From the NCBI GenBank assembly GCA_039930785.1, contig JBDTTE010000002.1, forward strand, positions 1 through 48,313: a stretch of DNA of 48,313 nucleotides, in the 5' to 3' direction. Positions 1 through 7,370 of the stretch are shown in pieces; position 1 is the stretch's first letter; each line of letters starts with the position of its first letter. The DNA comes from Betaproteobacteria bacterium. GTDB taxonomy: Bacteria; Pseudomonadota; Gammaproteobacteria; Burkholderiales; JACQAP01. The translations under genes and the position numbers were made by a program. The notes below the pieces were generated by a model, which saw only the letters and a program-made list of their open reading frames with translations, was not told where the DNA came from and searched no databases.

Positions 1-142
1 CATCCCGCCACTCGTCCCACAGCTCGCGGCCAGAATCCCCGAATTCGGATTTCAACATGAAAGCCAAGCGCACGCGCTCATCATGTCCGCCGACTGGAAT
101 GAATTGCAGGGCTTCGCGGATGCGTTCAATATCGCTATGCAT
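1..142 (-). CDS. Partial CDS (first ~47 aa only; continues past window start): PriCT-2-like N-terminus of a P4/plasmid-type primase-helicase replication protein
   Basis: Not in the ORF track because it is partial. My reverse-strand translation from the ATG at 142-140 is MHSDIERIREALQFIPVGGHDERVRLAFMLKSEFGDSGRELWDEWRD, and it stays open to position 1. The AL..I....(R/W)..(L/V)..(A)L(K)...G..G.ELWDEW pattern resembles the PriCT-2 domain. The start overlaps the stop of the upstream small ORF by 8 nt. Confidence 0.4.
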   Translation of the reverse strand, partial: MHSDIERIREALQFIPVGGHDERVRLAFMLKSEFGDSGRELWDEWRD

Positions 143-329
143 CTGTCAGCCCCCAGCGTTGAATCAGCCAGGAGGTGACGCCGGGCGATAAAATGCCCCA
201 TACCCCAGCGACAAATATCAACCGCTTGGCGCGTTGCTTGACACTTCTCTCAGCGGTATCATTCGAGTAGTTGTTTAAAGTATCCGCGCCCTGTTCCCGC
301 AGGGCGCTTTCAATTCTTGGGCCAGTCAT
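135..329 (-). CDS. Small hypothetical protein (64 aa from the ATG at 329; the track ORF extends to 341), with a hydrophobic C-terminal segment
   Basis: Derived from track ORF 135..341. The internal ATG at 329 forms an ATGA overlap with the TGA stop (326-328) of the upstream excisionase-like gene, which suggests translational coupling. I recognise no family. The C-terminus LIFVAGVWGILSPGVTSWLI is hydrophobic. Confidence 0.3.
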   Translation of the reverse strand: MTGPRIESALREQGADTLNNYSNDTAERSVKQRAKRLIFVAGVWGILSPGVTSWLIQRWGLTDA

Positions 330-613
330 TTCTGCACCCATTCGAGGAAGCGTTCGCGGTGAATCATCACCTTCCGGCCACGACGAACGACAGAGCCAGA
401 CTCAATCAAGCCATTGCCCGGAATTTCGCCTTTGCTGGAATGGCGGGCCTCTGCCTTGAAGATCAGATTGCGTAGAGCTGCGGCTGTGAATGCGGGCTCT
501 GCCGTAGCGAATTGCTCGACTGTGTAAAACGTCTGGCGCGGCGAGGTTTCAGGAAATGGCGCACGGATTGGCGCGGGGATATTGCTGGGGTGTTGCTCGA
601 TTTGCGAGTTCAT
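326..613 (-). CDS. Excisionase-family / MerR-type (HTH_17-like) DNA-binding protein of the island (95 aa)
   Basis: Track ORF 326..685, trimmed to the ATG at 613 (MNSQIEQH...). The upstream candidate at 685 is a TTG and would place the intergenic repeat array inside coding sequence. The core YTVEQFA....FTAAALRNLIFKAE.......IPGNGLIESGSVVRRGRKVMIHRERFLEWV resembles the phage/island excisionase-type winged HTH (..G.. vrvGRrvli....l..Wl). Confidence 0.5.
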   Translation of the reverse strand: MNSQIEQHPSNIPAPIRAPFPETSPRQTFYTVEQFATAEPAFTAAALRNLIFKAEARHSSKGEIPGNGLIESGSVVRRGRKVMIHRERFLEWVQK

Positions 614-663
614 TTCCACTTTCTTTCGGCTGTTGCCGTGTTGAGGTGGAAACGAGAATCGTG

Positions 664-768
664 CCGCAATAGGGGTTGCGGTCAAATTAGAGGGGGGTTG
701 CGGCCTGCATTCCTTTCCTGTCGCGGGTGTCAGAGTAAAGGCGCAATGGCACCCGCAAGGGGTTGCGG
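664..768 (-). repeat. Three exact copies of the 10-mer GGGGTTGCGG (CCGCAACCCC in the gene direction) in the 160-bp intergenic region; candidate operator array
   Basis: The exact 10-mer occurs at 672-681, 694-703 and 759-768. Copies 1 and 3 are each preceded by the complementary half-site CCGCAA (664-669 and 753-758), giving the palindromes CCGCAA-N6-TTGCGG and CCGCAA-N4-TTGCGG. On the minus strand, copy 1 directly abuts a TTGACC -35-like hexamer (680-685). Confidence 0.55.
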
Positions 769-773
769 TATCT

Positions 774-1397
774 CTACTTGCTTTTCAAGTCATTCCATTG
801 GTTAGGCTTTCGGTTTGCTTTACCTTTTTCTTTCGCTTTCAATTCTCGAATGCGCGACGTAGAAATCTTGTAGCGCGTCGCCAATTCTTTGGTTGGAGAC
901 TTATGTTTTTTTGACACCAGGGCGGCGTGCTCTTGACGCAACTGCTCGCGCTTTTCCGGCGTCCAAATTGCAATGGATGCTTCCTCGGCGGCCGAAGCAA
1001 GCGCGGACGCTGGTGCAGGAAACCGCCAAATGATTCGCGACTCATTCTCTTCTAGCCAAACATTCAAGTCATTCCAATATGCCTCTTCGTGAAAATCTCT
1101 CGCACGCTCTGCAAAGGTGGGGCCGTACGAATAACGAAGTTCTTTGCCCGGCTCATACGTTTTCAGATTTCCGTCGGTAGCCGCATTCATCAGTTTTTTC
1201 AGGATTTCGTTCGCACGCTCGCCCGTTGCGTCTGCCAAGGTCAACGCAGCTTCGTCCAAAGTGTAGCGCCCGAGAGCGCGACGGGTATTCAGCGCCTTCT
1301 GCTCTTGCTCGTAGCCAAGGCGATTCGTCTGGCTAACACTGCCATCAGCGTGATGAATCGTGTGGAACCATTCTTCCAGTTTTTTCCTCACGCTCAT
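774..1397 (-). CDS. Hypothetical island protein (207 aa) with a C-terminal resolvase/Psq-like helix-turn-helix; N-terminal ~150 aa unrecognised
   Basis: This is a full-length track ORF. Its ATG (1397-1395) overlaps the integrase TGA stop (1396-1394) as ATGA. The C-terminus WTPEKREQLRQEHAALVSKKHKSPTKELATRYKISTSRIRELKAKEK looks like a short HTH followed by a basic tail. Confidence 0.6.
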   Translation of the reverse strand: MSVRKKLEEWFHTIHHADGSVSQTNRLGYEQEQKALNTRRALGRYTLDEAALTLADATGERANEILKKLMNAATDGNLKTYEPGKELRYSYGPTFAERARDFHEEAYWNDLNVWLEENESRIIWRFPAPASALASAAEEASIAIWTPEKREQLRQEHAALVSKKHKSPTKELATRYKISTSRIRELKAKEKGKANRKPNQWNDLKSK

Positions 1398-2491
1398 ATC
1401 CCCAGCCGTGCCGCCAGCTTCTCGCCCGTCGCCACGATATGCCCATCGCTCAGGTGTGAATAGCGCGACACCATCTGCATGGTGCGGTGGCCTAGTATCT
1501 TGGAGATTTCCACCAGCGAAACACCACTCATGGCGAGGTAAGACGCGGCCGTGTGGCGCAGGTCATGCCAATGAAAATCCGTGATTCCGGCAGTCTTTAG
1601 CGCAGCCTCCCAAGGCTGGCGAAGGTTGAGATATTCCGCCTTCTTGGCTCTCGCAGTCGGCTGGAAGATGCAGTCGTCTTTGAGGTCGCGCACTTTGCTT
1701 CGCTCCTTCAACAGCGTGAAGGCTTCACCCACTAACGGCAGGGCGCGACGGTCGCCGTTCTTGGTTTCGTGCAGTGTGATTACCTGCCGCTTGAAGTCGA
1801 TTTGCCCCCAGCGCAGGCTCATAACTTCTGCCTGCCGTGCGCCTGTGGTCAGCGCGAGCAATACCGCGAGATACAAGTCGCCATGTGGGCGGCAAGCATT
1901 CAGCAGACGCACGCGCTCATCGTCGGAGAGGAACCGCACGCGGCCGGTGTTCTCCTTGGACTTGGCGACGCGCTCGCACGGGTTGCGCTCAAGCCATTGC
2001 AGGCGCTTCACTGCGAAGGCCAGGCAGGCGGACAGCGCGGCATGGTAACGATTCACAGCAGGGCCGGTGCGCTTTCTCCTGGGGCGCAGGGCGTCTTGTT
2101 CCGGGTCGCCACTGGCAGGCGAGGCGAAGCGGTTTGTATCCTGTGCTAGCAGCCTCTCGCGTTCCTTGCCGATGCGTGCCGGCGTGATGCTGTCGAGCAG
2201 ATCCGGGCCAAACACCTTTCGCCAGTGTTCTATGTGGCGCTCTCTTTGGTCGAAGCTCTGTAGGTCGGTGGCATGGGCCAAGTATTCGTCGGCCAATTCG
2301 TTGAACGTGTGCCGCTTACTCTGTCCGAAATGCCGACCGGCCTTAATGTCGGACTCCGTCTTGCTGGCCCACGCTTTCGCATCGGTCAGCCGCTCAAAGC
2401 TCGCGGTCTCTGGCGTAAAGCCCTTGATACGAACTTGCACCCGGTAAGAGGTCTTGCCGTCGCGCCCGGCTCGCTTCTGAATCGTTGCCAT
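1394..2491 (-). CDS. int: Tyrosine-type site-specific integrase (phage/genomic-island integrase), 365 aa
   Basis: Track ORF 1394..2635, trimmed to the ATG at 2491 (MATIQKRAGRDGKTSYRVQVR...), which has the SD GAAGGGG 5 nt upstream. The catalytic signature is present: TGARQAEVMSLRW (Arg), HDLRHTAASYL (His-x-x-Arg) and LGHRTMQMVSRYSHL (His, Tyr). The gene lies next to the 3' end of a tRNA. Confidence 0.92.
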   Translation of the reverse strand: MATIQKRAGRDGKTSYRVQVRIKGFTPETASFERLTDAKAWASKTESDIKAGRHFGQSKRHTFNELADEYLAHATDLQSFDQRERHIEHWRKVFGPDLLDSITPARIGKERERLLAQDTNRFASPASGDPEQDALRPRRKRTGPAVNRYHAALSACLAFAVKRLQWLERNPCERVAKSKENTGRVRFLSDDERVRLLNACRPHGDLYLAVLLALTTGARQAEVMSLRWGQIDFKRQVITLHETKNGDRRALPLVGEAFTLLKERSKVRDLKDDCIFQPTARAKKAEYLNLRQPWEAALKTAGITDFHWHDLRHTAASYLAMSGVSLVEISKILGHRTMQMVSRYSHLSDGHIVATGEKLAARLGI

Positions 2492-2833
2492 TTTCGCCCC
2501 TTCAAAGGTGTCGAGCGAAGCATAGAACAAACCAGAGAAAACTACAACAAGGGATACATAATCACAAGAATATGAAATATAAACTATTGATATAACACAA
2601 AATACAATAGTTCGTGCACACCAGTGGCACAACACTCCTCGAAAACGAGCGGTTATCTACAAGGGGAATGCCCTCGGCTTGGTCGGTCTTACTCGCCAAG
2701 CGGCAACGGTTAGAGCGATAAGGATGGGGTGCGGCAGGATGTGGCGGAAGCCCCGCTTTTTGCGTAGTGTGCCAAGAATGTGCCAGAGCTTGGTGGAAGG
2801 CTCAGTAAAACACGTTATAACTTACTGATTATT

Positions 2834-2910
2834 TGGTGGGCCCGGTCGGACTTGAACCGACGACCAAAGGATTATGAGTCCTCTGCTCTAACCAGCTGAG
2901 CTACAGGCCC
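2834..2910 (-). tRNA. ileX: tRNA with CAU anticodon, most likely tRNA-Ile2 (lysidine-modified, ileX-like) rather than elongator tRNA-Met
   Basis: The reverse complement GGGCCTGTAGCTCAGCTGGTTAGAGCAGAGGACTCATAATCCTTTGGTCGTCGGTTCAAGTCCGACCGGGCCCACCA folds as a 77-nt cloverleaf. It has a 7-bp acceptor stem, a GCTC/GAGC D stem, a GAGGA/TCCTT anticodon stem, a CTCATAA loop, a GTCGG/CCGAC T stem and an encoded CCA. It closely resembles E. coli ileX from memory, including C4:G69 and C5:G68. Its position downstream of rpoD matches E. coli ileX. Confidence 0.95.
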
Positions 2911-2928
2911 GGCGAAAAGTTGCGGCAC

Positions 2929-2958
2929 AAAAAATGGCCGGGTGGATAACCCGGCCAT
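2929..2958 (-). terminator. Rho-independent terminator downstream of rpoD
   Basis: A 9-bp stem ATGGCCGGG (2934-2942) / CCCGGCCAT (2950-2958) carries a 7-nt loop. On the minus strand it is followed by TTTTTT (plus-strand A-run 2929-2934). It lies 26 nt after the rpoD stop. Confidence 0.8.
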
Positions 2959-2983
2959 TGTATTTTCCCTCGCGGGAGAATGC

Positions 2984-4882
2984 TCAGTTGTTATCCAGGA
3001 AGCTGCGCAGCCGCTCAGAACGCGACGGATGGCGCAGCTTGCGCAGGGCCTTGGCTTCGATCTGGCGAATGCGTTCGCGCGTCACGTCGAACTGCTTGCC
3101 GACTTCTTCGAGCGTGTGGTCCGTGTTCATCTCTATCCCGAAGCGCATGCGCAGCACCTTTGCTTCGCGCGGCGTGAGCGTGTCCAGCACTTCCTTTGTG
3201 GCGTCGCGCAGGCTGGTATAGATGGCCGCGTCCGACGGCGCCATGGTCGCCTGGTCTTCTATGAAATCCCCGAGGTGCGAATCGTCGTCGTCGCCGATCG
3301 GCGTTTCCATCGAGATCGGTTCCTTGGAGATCTTCAGGATCTTGCGGATCTTCTCCTCGGGCATTTCCATCTTCACCGCCAAGGTCGCGGGATCCGGCTC
3401 CGAACCTGTTTCCTGCAGGATCTGGCGCGAGATGCGGTTCATCTTGTTGATGGTTTCGATCATGTGCACCGGAATGCGGATGGTGCGCGCCTGGTCGGCG
3501 ATCGAGCGCGTGATCGCCTGGCGGATCCACCAGGTCGCATAGGTCGAGAACTTGTAACCGCGGCGGTATTCGAACTTGTCCACGGCTTTCATCAGGCCGA
3601 TGTTGCCTTCCTGGATCAGGTCGAGGAACTGCAGGCCGCGATTGGTGTATTTCTTCGCGATCGAGATCACCAGGCGCAGGTTGGCCTCGGTCATTTCGCG
3701 TTTCGCGCGGCGCGCTTTCGCCTCGCCGGTGGACATCTGGCGATTGATTTCCTTGAGGTCCTTGACCGGGATGCCGACTCGCTTCTGCAGGTCGATCAAC
3801 GATTGCTGCTGCTCGAGGATCGCCGGTGCAAATCGGGACAGCACTTCGCTGTACGGCCGGCGGCTGCCGATTTCGCGCCCGACCCAGGTCAGGTCTTCTT
3901 CGTTGCCGGGGAAAGTCTTGATGAAGTACGGGCGCGGCATCGCCGCTTTTTCGACGCACAATTCCATGATCGCGCGCTCGTAGGAACGCACTTCCTCGAC
4001 CAGGCCGCGCAGCCCGTCGCACAGCGCCTCGACCTGTTTCGCGGCGAAGCGGATGAACAGCAACTCCTCGGAAATCTCCTCCTGCGTCTTCAGGTAGGGC
4101 CGGCTGCGCGAACCGTTCTTCGCCAGCGTCTTGATCATCTTGTTGTAGAGCACGCGGATTTTCGCGAAGCGCTCGAGCGCGTCGGACTTGAGCTGCAGCA
4201 ACGCCGCGCTCTGGATCGCGCCGTCGTCGTCTTCGCTTTCCTCGGTGCCGAGGTCTTCCTCCATCTCCTCCTCGGCCATTTCCTCGGCAGCGGCTTCTTC
4301 CGGTGCATTCGGATCGATGAGGCCGTCGACGACTTCGTCGATGCGCATCTCCTCGCGCTCGACCTTCTCGGCGAGCCGCAGAATCTCGGCGATGGTCGTG
4401 GGGCAGGCCGCGATGGCCATGATCATGTGCTTGAGGCCGTCTTCGATGCGCTTGGCGATTTCGATTTCGCCTTCGCGCGTCAGCAATTCGACGGATCCCA
4501 TTTCGCGCATGTACATGCGCACCGGGTCGGTGGTGCGACCGAACTCGGAATCAACGGTGGACAGCGCCTGCTCGGCCTCTTCCACGACGTCCTCGTCGGG
4601 CGCCACGGCAGGCGTCGACTCGTTCATCAACAACGTCTCGGCATCCGGGGCCTCGTCATAGACCTGGATGCCCATATCGTTGATCATGCTGATGATATTT
4701 TCGATCTGCTCGGCGTCGAGCATGTCATCAGGCAGGTGATCGTTGATTTCCGCGTAGGTCAGGTAGCCGCGTTCCTTGCCCAGGACGATCAGGTTCTTCA
4801 GGCGCAGGCGACGCGCCTCGGCGTCGATAGGCTGCTGAGCCTGCACTTGTTCCTTGCTCTCCCTGCGTCTTTCCCTAGCCAT
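2984..4882 (-). CDS. rpoD: RNA polymerase primary sigma factor RpoD (sigma-70), 632 aa
   Basis: There is an acidic spacer ([21 protein letters not shown]). Region 2 reads [30 protein letters not shown]. Region 4.2 reads [30 protein letters not shown]. The gene sits downstream of dnaG. Confidence 0.98.
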   Translation of the reverse strand: MARERRRESKEQVQAQQPIDAEARRLRLKNLIVLGKERGYLTYAEINDHLPDDMLDAEQIENIISMINDMGIQVYDEAPDAETLLMNESTPAVAPDEDVVEEAEQALSTVDSEFGRTTDPVRMYMREMGSVELLTREGEIEIAKRIEDGLKHMIMAIAACPTTIAEILRLAEKVEREEMRIDEVVDGLIDPNAPEEAAAEEMAEEEMEEDLGTEESEDDDGAIQSAALLQLKSDALERFAKIRVLYNKMIKTLAKNGSRSRPYLKTQEEISEELLFIRFAAKQVEALCDGLRGLVEEVRSYERAIMELCVEKAAMPRPYFIKTFPGNEEDLTWVGREIGSRRPYSEVLSRFAPAILEQQQSLIDLQKRVGIPVKDLKEINRQMSTGEAKARRAKREMTEANLRLVISIAKKYTNRGLQFLDLIQEGNIGLMKAVDKFEYRRGYKFSTYATWWIRQAITRSIADQARTIRIPVHMIETINKMNRISRQILQETGSEPDPATLAVKMEMPEEKIRKILKISKEPISMETPIGDDDDSHLGDFIEDQATMAPSDAAIYTSLRDATKEVLDTLTPREAKVLRMRFGIEMNTDHTLEEVGKQFDVTRERIRQIEAKALRKLRHPSRSERLRSFLDNN

Positions 4883-4984
4883 ATTCTTTGGTCCCTCGAG
4901 TCTCGCCCGTCAGAATTCGCGCCCGCTCAAATCCCTGTTCGCCAAAACAAATGCCTACAAAATGCCGGCAAAAAAGAACCGCGC

Positions 4985-4990
4985 ATTATA
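4985..4990 (-). promoter_or_regulatory. Candidate -10 element (perfect TATAAT) for an rpoD-proximal promoter, just after the dnaG stop
   Basis: The minus strand reads ...gacttctgTATAATgcg. The only -35 candidate at 17-nt spacing is a weak ATGAAA inside the end of dnaG. In E. coli, internal promoters upstream of rpoD within dnaG are known. Confidence 0.3.
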
Positions 4991-4996
4991 CAGAAG

Positions 4997-6757
4997 TCAC
5001 CCCGGCGTTTCATTGGTCTCGCCCTGCTGGAGCCGGCGATATTCATCCTTTTCTTCTTGCGTCCAGTCCTGCCGTTTGCTTTTTTCAAGCAGAGTGGTAA
5101 TGCGCACATGCCGGAAAAGCCCCAATAGCTTGTTCCAGGCACCGGTGAATTCCGCCTGCAGGGCGTCCTGGTCCAGGTTTTCCCACTTCAGGCTCGCCGT
5201 TTCGATTTCGCGGAAAGGCAGCTCCTGCGGCCCATCGCGGAAGTGCTCCGACAGACTGCGTATATCGTTGCGGGAGGCGCAAACATCAAGCACCTGCTCA
5301 AGCAAATCCAGTTCCGGCTGCGGCAGCGTGGTGGACGCAAGATCGGCGTTTTCGCGCAGGCGATCGGCGTCCGCTAGCGCCGCGAGTGCCGGCTGGTAGG
5401 CCAGCATCTCGGCTATCGCGCGTAACAGCGAGGGCTTGACGGACTCGCGCCGTTGCAGCGTCTGAGGACGCGATGCCGATTTGATGTCGAACCCGCGGTC
5501 GAGTTCGGCCGGGGTGATTCCGGCCAGTTCCCCGACCTGCCTGCGCAGCATCAGGGAGAGCATGGGCGCCGCGACCTGTTTCACAAGCGGCTTGGCTTCC
5601 TGCAGGAACCTGGCCCGCCCCTCCGCCGTGCGCATGTCGACCCGGGAAGCCAGCTCCTGCACCAGGATCTCCGAAAGCGGCGGAGCGGCCTCCAGCAGCT
5701 TGGCAAAGGCTTCCTTGCCCAGCTCACGCACGAAACTGTCGGGATCGTGCTCGGCGGGCAGGAACAGGAAGCCCACCTGCTTGCCATCCTGCAGGTGCGC
5801 CAGGCTGTTTTCCAGCGCCCGCCAGGCGGCGCGCCGGCCTGCGGCGTCGCCATCGAAGCAGTAGACGATCCTGTCGGTCTGCCGCATCAGCTTCTGCACA
5901 TGCCAGGGCGTGGTCGCAGTCCCCAAGGTGGCGACGGCAAACCCGATTTCGTACTGGGCCAGGGCCACGACATCCATGTAGCCCTCGACGACGACCGCAA
6001 GTCCGGCGTCGCGGATGGCGCCCCTCGCCTGGAACAGGCCATATAGTTCGCGACCTTTCTCGAATAGCGGCGTCTCCGGCGAATTCAGGTACTTCGGCTC
6101 GCCCTGGTCGATGACGCGCCCGCCGAAACCGATGACGGCCCCGCGCTGGTTGTGGATCGGAAACATGATGCGGTCGCGGAAGCGATCGTAACGCCGGCCT
6201 TCCTCGCTGACGATGACCAGGCCCGCTTCAACCAACGATTTGTGCGCATAGTCGGGAAAGACGGCTTCGAGGTTCTGCCACCCGTCCGGCGCATAGCCCA
6301 TCCCATAGCGCGCGGCGACCTCGCCGGTCAGCCCACGCTTGCGCAAATAGGCGATGGCCTTCTCGGAGGTTTTGAGCTGCGCCTTGTAGAACTGCGCGGC
6401 TTTGAGCGTTATTTCCGTCAGATCGCCGGCCACTTCGGCCTTTTCGCGAACTTTCGGATCTGGCACCTGCTCCGGAACGACCATGCCCACGCGACCGGCC
6501 AGGTCCTTCACTGCGTCGATGAAGCCCATGCCCTGGTGTTCCATCATGAAACTGATGGCCGTGCCGTGCGCGCCGCAACCGAAGCAGTGATAGAACTGCT
6601 TGGTCTGGCTGACGGTGAACGACGGTGACTTTTCGCTATGGAACGGGCAGCGCGCGGAGTAGTTGGCGCCGGCACGCCTGAGCGGAACGTAGGACTCGAC
6701 GACATCGACGATGTCCACCCGATTGAGCAAGTCCTGGATAAAAGACTGTGGAATCAT
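4997..6757 (-). CDS. dnaG: DNA primase DnaG, 586 aa
   Basis: The zinc-binding motif CPFHSEKSPSFTVSQTKQFYHCFGCGAHG is present. Toprim motifs VVVEGYMDVVAL and YCFDGDAAGRRAA are present. The gene lies between yqeY/rpsU and rpoD. Confidence 0.97.
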   Translation of the reverse strand: MIPQSFIQDLLNRVDIVDVVESYVPLRRAGANYSARCPFHSEKSPSFTVSQTKQFYHCFGCGAHGTAISFMMEHQGMGFIDAVKDLAGRVGMVVPEQVPDPKVREKAEVAGDLTEITLKAAQFYKAQLKTSEKAIAYLRKRGLTGEVAARYGMGYAPDGWQNLEAVFPDYAHKSLVEAGLVIVSEEGRRYDRFRDRIMFPIHNQRGAVIGFGGRVIDQGEPKYLNSPETPLFEKGRELYGLFQARGAIRDAGLAVVVEGYMDVVALAQYEIGFAVATLGTATTPWHVQKLMRQTDRIVYCFDGDAAGRRAAWRALENSLAHLQDGKQVGFLFLPAEHDPDSFVRELGKEAFAKLLEAAPPLSEILVQELASRVDMRTAEGRARFLQEAKPLVKQVAAPMLSLMLRRQVGELAGITPAELDRGFDIKSASRPQTLQRRESVKPSLLRAIAEMLAYQPALAALADADRLRENADLASTTLPQPELDLLEQVLDVCASRNDIRSLSEHFRDGPQELPFREIETASLKWENLDQDALQAEFTGAWNKLLGLFRHVRITTLLEKSKRQDWTQEEKDEYRRLQQGETNETPG

Positions 6758-6842
6758 TCGCGGCGAGGTCTCGCGGTGGTTTCCTGCTGGTTTTCCGCTG
6801 CGCCGGGCACGCGCGGTGGCTGGAAGAATTATAGGTCAGAAT

Positions 6843-6887
6843 TTCCGGGTTCCCGGAAAGTCCGGCGCGGCGCGATGTCGCGCCGCC
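6843..6887 (-). other. Two tandem GC-rich hairpins in the yqeY-dnaG intergenic region
   Basis: Hairpin B is GCGGCGCG (6868-6875) / CGCGCCGC (6880-6887) with a 4-nt loop, 12 nt after the yqeY stop. Hairpin A is TTTCCGGG..CCCGGAAA (6843-6860). Neither has a U-tract. A TATAAT (minus strand, 6829-6834) follows. Confidence 0.4.
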
Positions 6888-6899
6888 ACACGTAACACG

Positions 6900-7346
6900 T
6901 CAGCCAGTCAGCCTGGCTTTGACGCTGGCCGAAAGCTTGCCCATGTCAGCGCGACCGGCCAGCACGGGTTTCAGCACGGCCATGACCTTGCCCATGTCGG
7001 CCATGCCTTTCGCGCCGCTGCTGGCAATGGCGTCGGCAATCGCTGCGTCGATTTCCGCGGACGACATCGCGGCCGGCATGTAGCCCTGCAACACACCAAC
7101 TTCGAACTGCTCTTTTTCAACGAGATCGGGACGGTTGCCCTTCTGGAATTGCTCGATGGAATCGCGCCGCTGCTTGAGCATCTTCTCGATGATCGCAAGG
7201 ACGTCGGCATCGCTCAATTCGATGCGCTCGTCGACCTCGCGTTGCTTCATGGCCGCGAGCAGCAGGCGGATCGCCGACAGGCGCGCCGCCTCCTTCGCGC
7301 GCATCGCGGTTTTCATGTCCTCAGTGATGCGGGCTTTGAGTAGCAT
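6900..7346 (-). CDS. GatB/YqeY domain-containing protein, 148 aa
   Basis: MLLKARITEDMKTAMRAKEAARLSAIRLLLAAMKQREVDE....MLKQRRDSIEQF is typical of the YqeY family. The gene lies between rpsU and dnaG, as in many beta- and gammaproteobacteria. Confidence 0.9.
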   Translation of the reverse strand: MLLKARITEDMKTAMRAKEAARLSAIRLLLAAMKQREVDERIELSDADVLAIIEKMLKQRRDSIEQFQKGNRPDLVEKEQFEVGVLQGYMPAAMSSAEIDAAIADAIASSGAKGMADMGKVMAVLKPVLAGRADMGKLSASVKARLTG

Positions 7347-7370
7347 GTTTAGTCAGATGAGGGTGAAGGC

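Larger units (their letters stand above)
1..2833. mobile_element. Right-hand end of an integrated genomic island or satellite-prophage-like element inserted at the 3' end of the tRNA(CAU) gene; the left end lies outside the window
   Basis: An integrase lies directly adjacent to the tRNA 3' end. An excisionase-like HTH gene and a PriCT-2 primase N-terminus are co-oriented with it. An AT-rich patch (about 2540-2620) lies upstream of int. To the right of the tRNA the conserved core synteny (rpoD-dnaG-rpsU) begins. Confidence 0.65.

Noticed and set aside
2492-2635. 48-codon N-terminal extension of the integrase ORF (MLCHWCARTIVFCVISIVYI...)
   Set aside because: It runs through the AT-rich promoter-like region and has odd composition. 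The internal ATG at 2491 has a good SD (GAAGGGG) and gives the canonical integrase N-terminus. Similar spurious extensions were trimmed for xerD, ffh, rpsP, the PilZ gene, pilC, ftsA, murC, murF, the DUF815 gene, the DciA-like gene and lpxC.
2708-2716. GGTTAGAGC on the plus strand, identical to the tRNA D-loop/D-stem segment; considered as a degenerate tRNA or att duplicate
   Set aside because: The flanks cannot form D, anticodon or acceptor stems. A single 9-mer match is compatible with chance.
4963-4970. Palindrome TGCCGGCA flanked by A-runs in the dnaG-rpoD spacer; considered as a terminator
   Set aside because: An 8-bp palindrome leaves no loop, so it gives at most a 2-3-bp stem. It is not a credible hairpin.
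5083-5089. CTTGAAA (minus strand) inside the dnaG 3' end, resembling a sigma-32 -35 element (compare the E. coli rpoD heat-shock promoter)
   Set aside because: No CCCCATnT-like -10 element follows within 13-17 nt, so there is no supportable sigma-32 promoter.
2942-5128. 728-aa plus-strand ORF, the longest after secA and the chimeric murG ORF
   Set aside because: It lies entirely antisense to rpoD and the 3' end of dnaG, both of which have unambiguous conserved motifs. Its translation is Arg/Ala/Leu/Gly/Asp-rich, low-complexity and without recognisable domains. This is a typical shadow ORF of a GC-rich gene.
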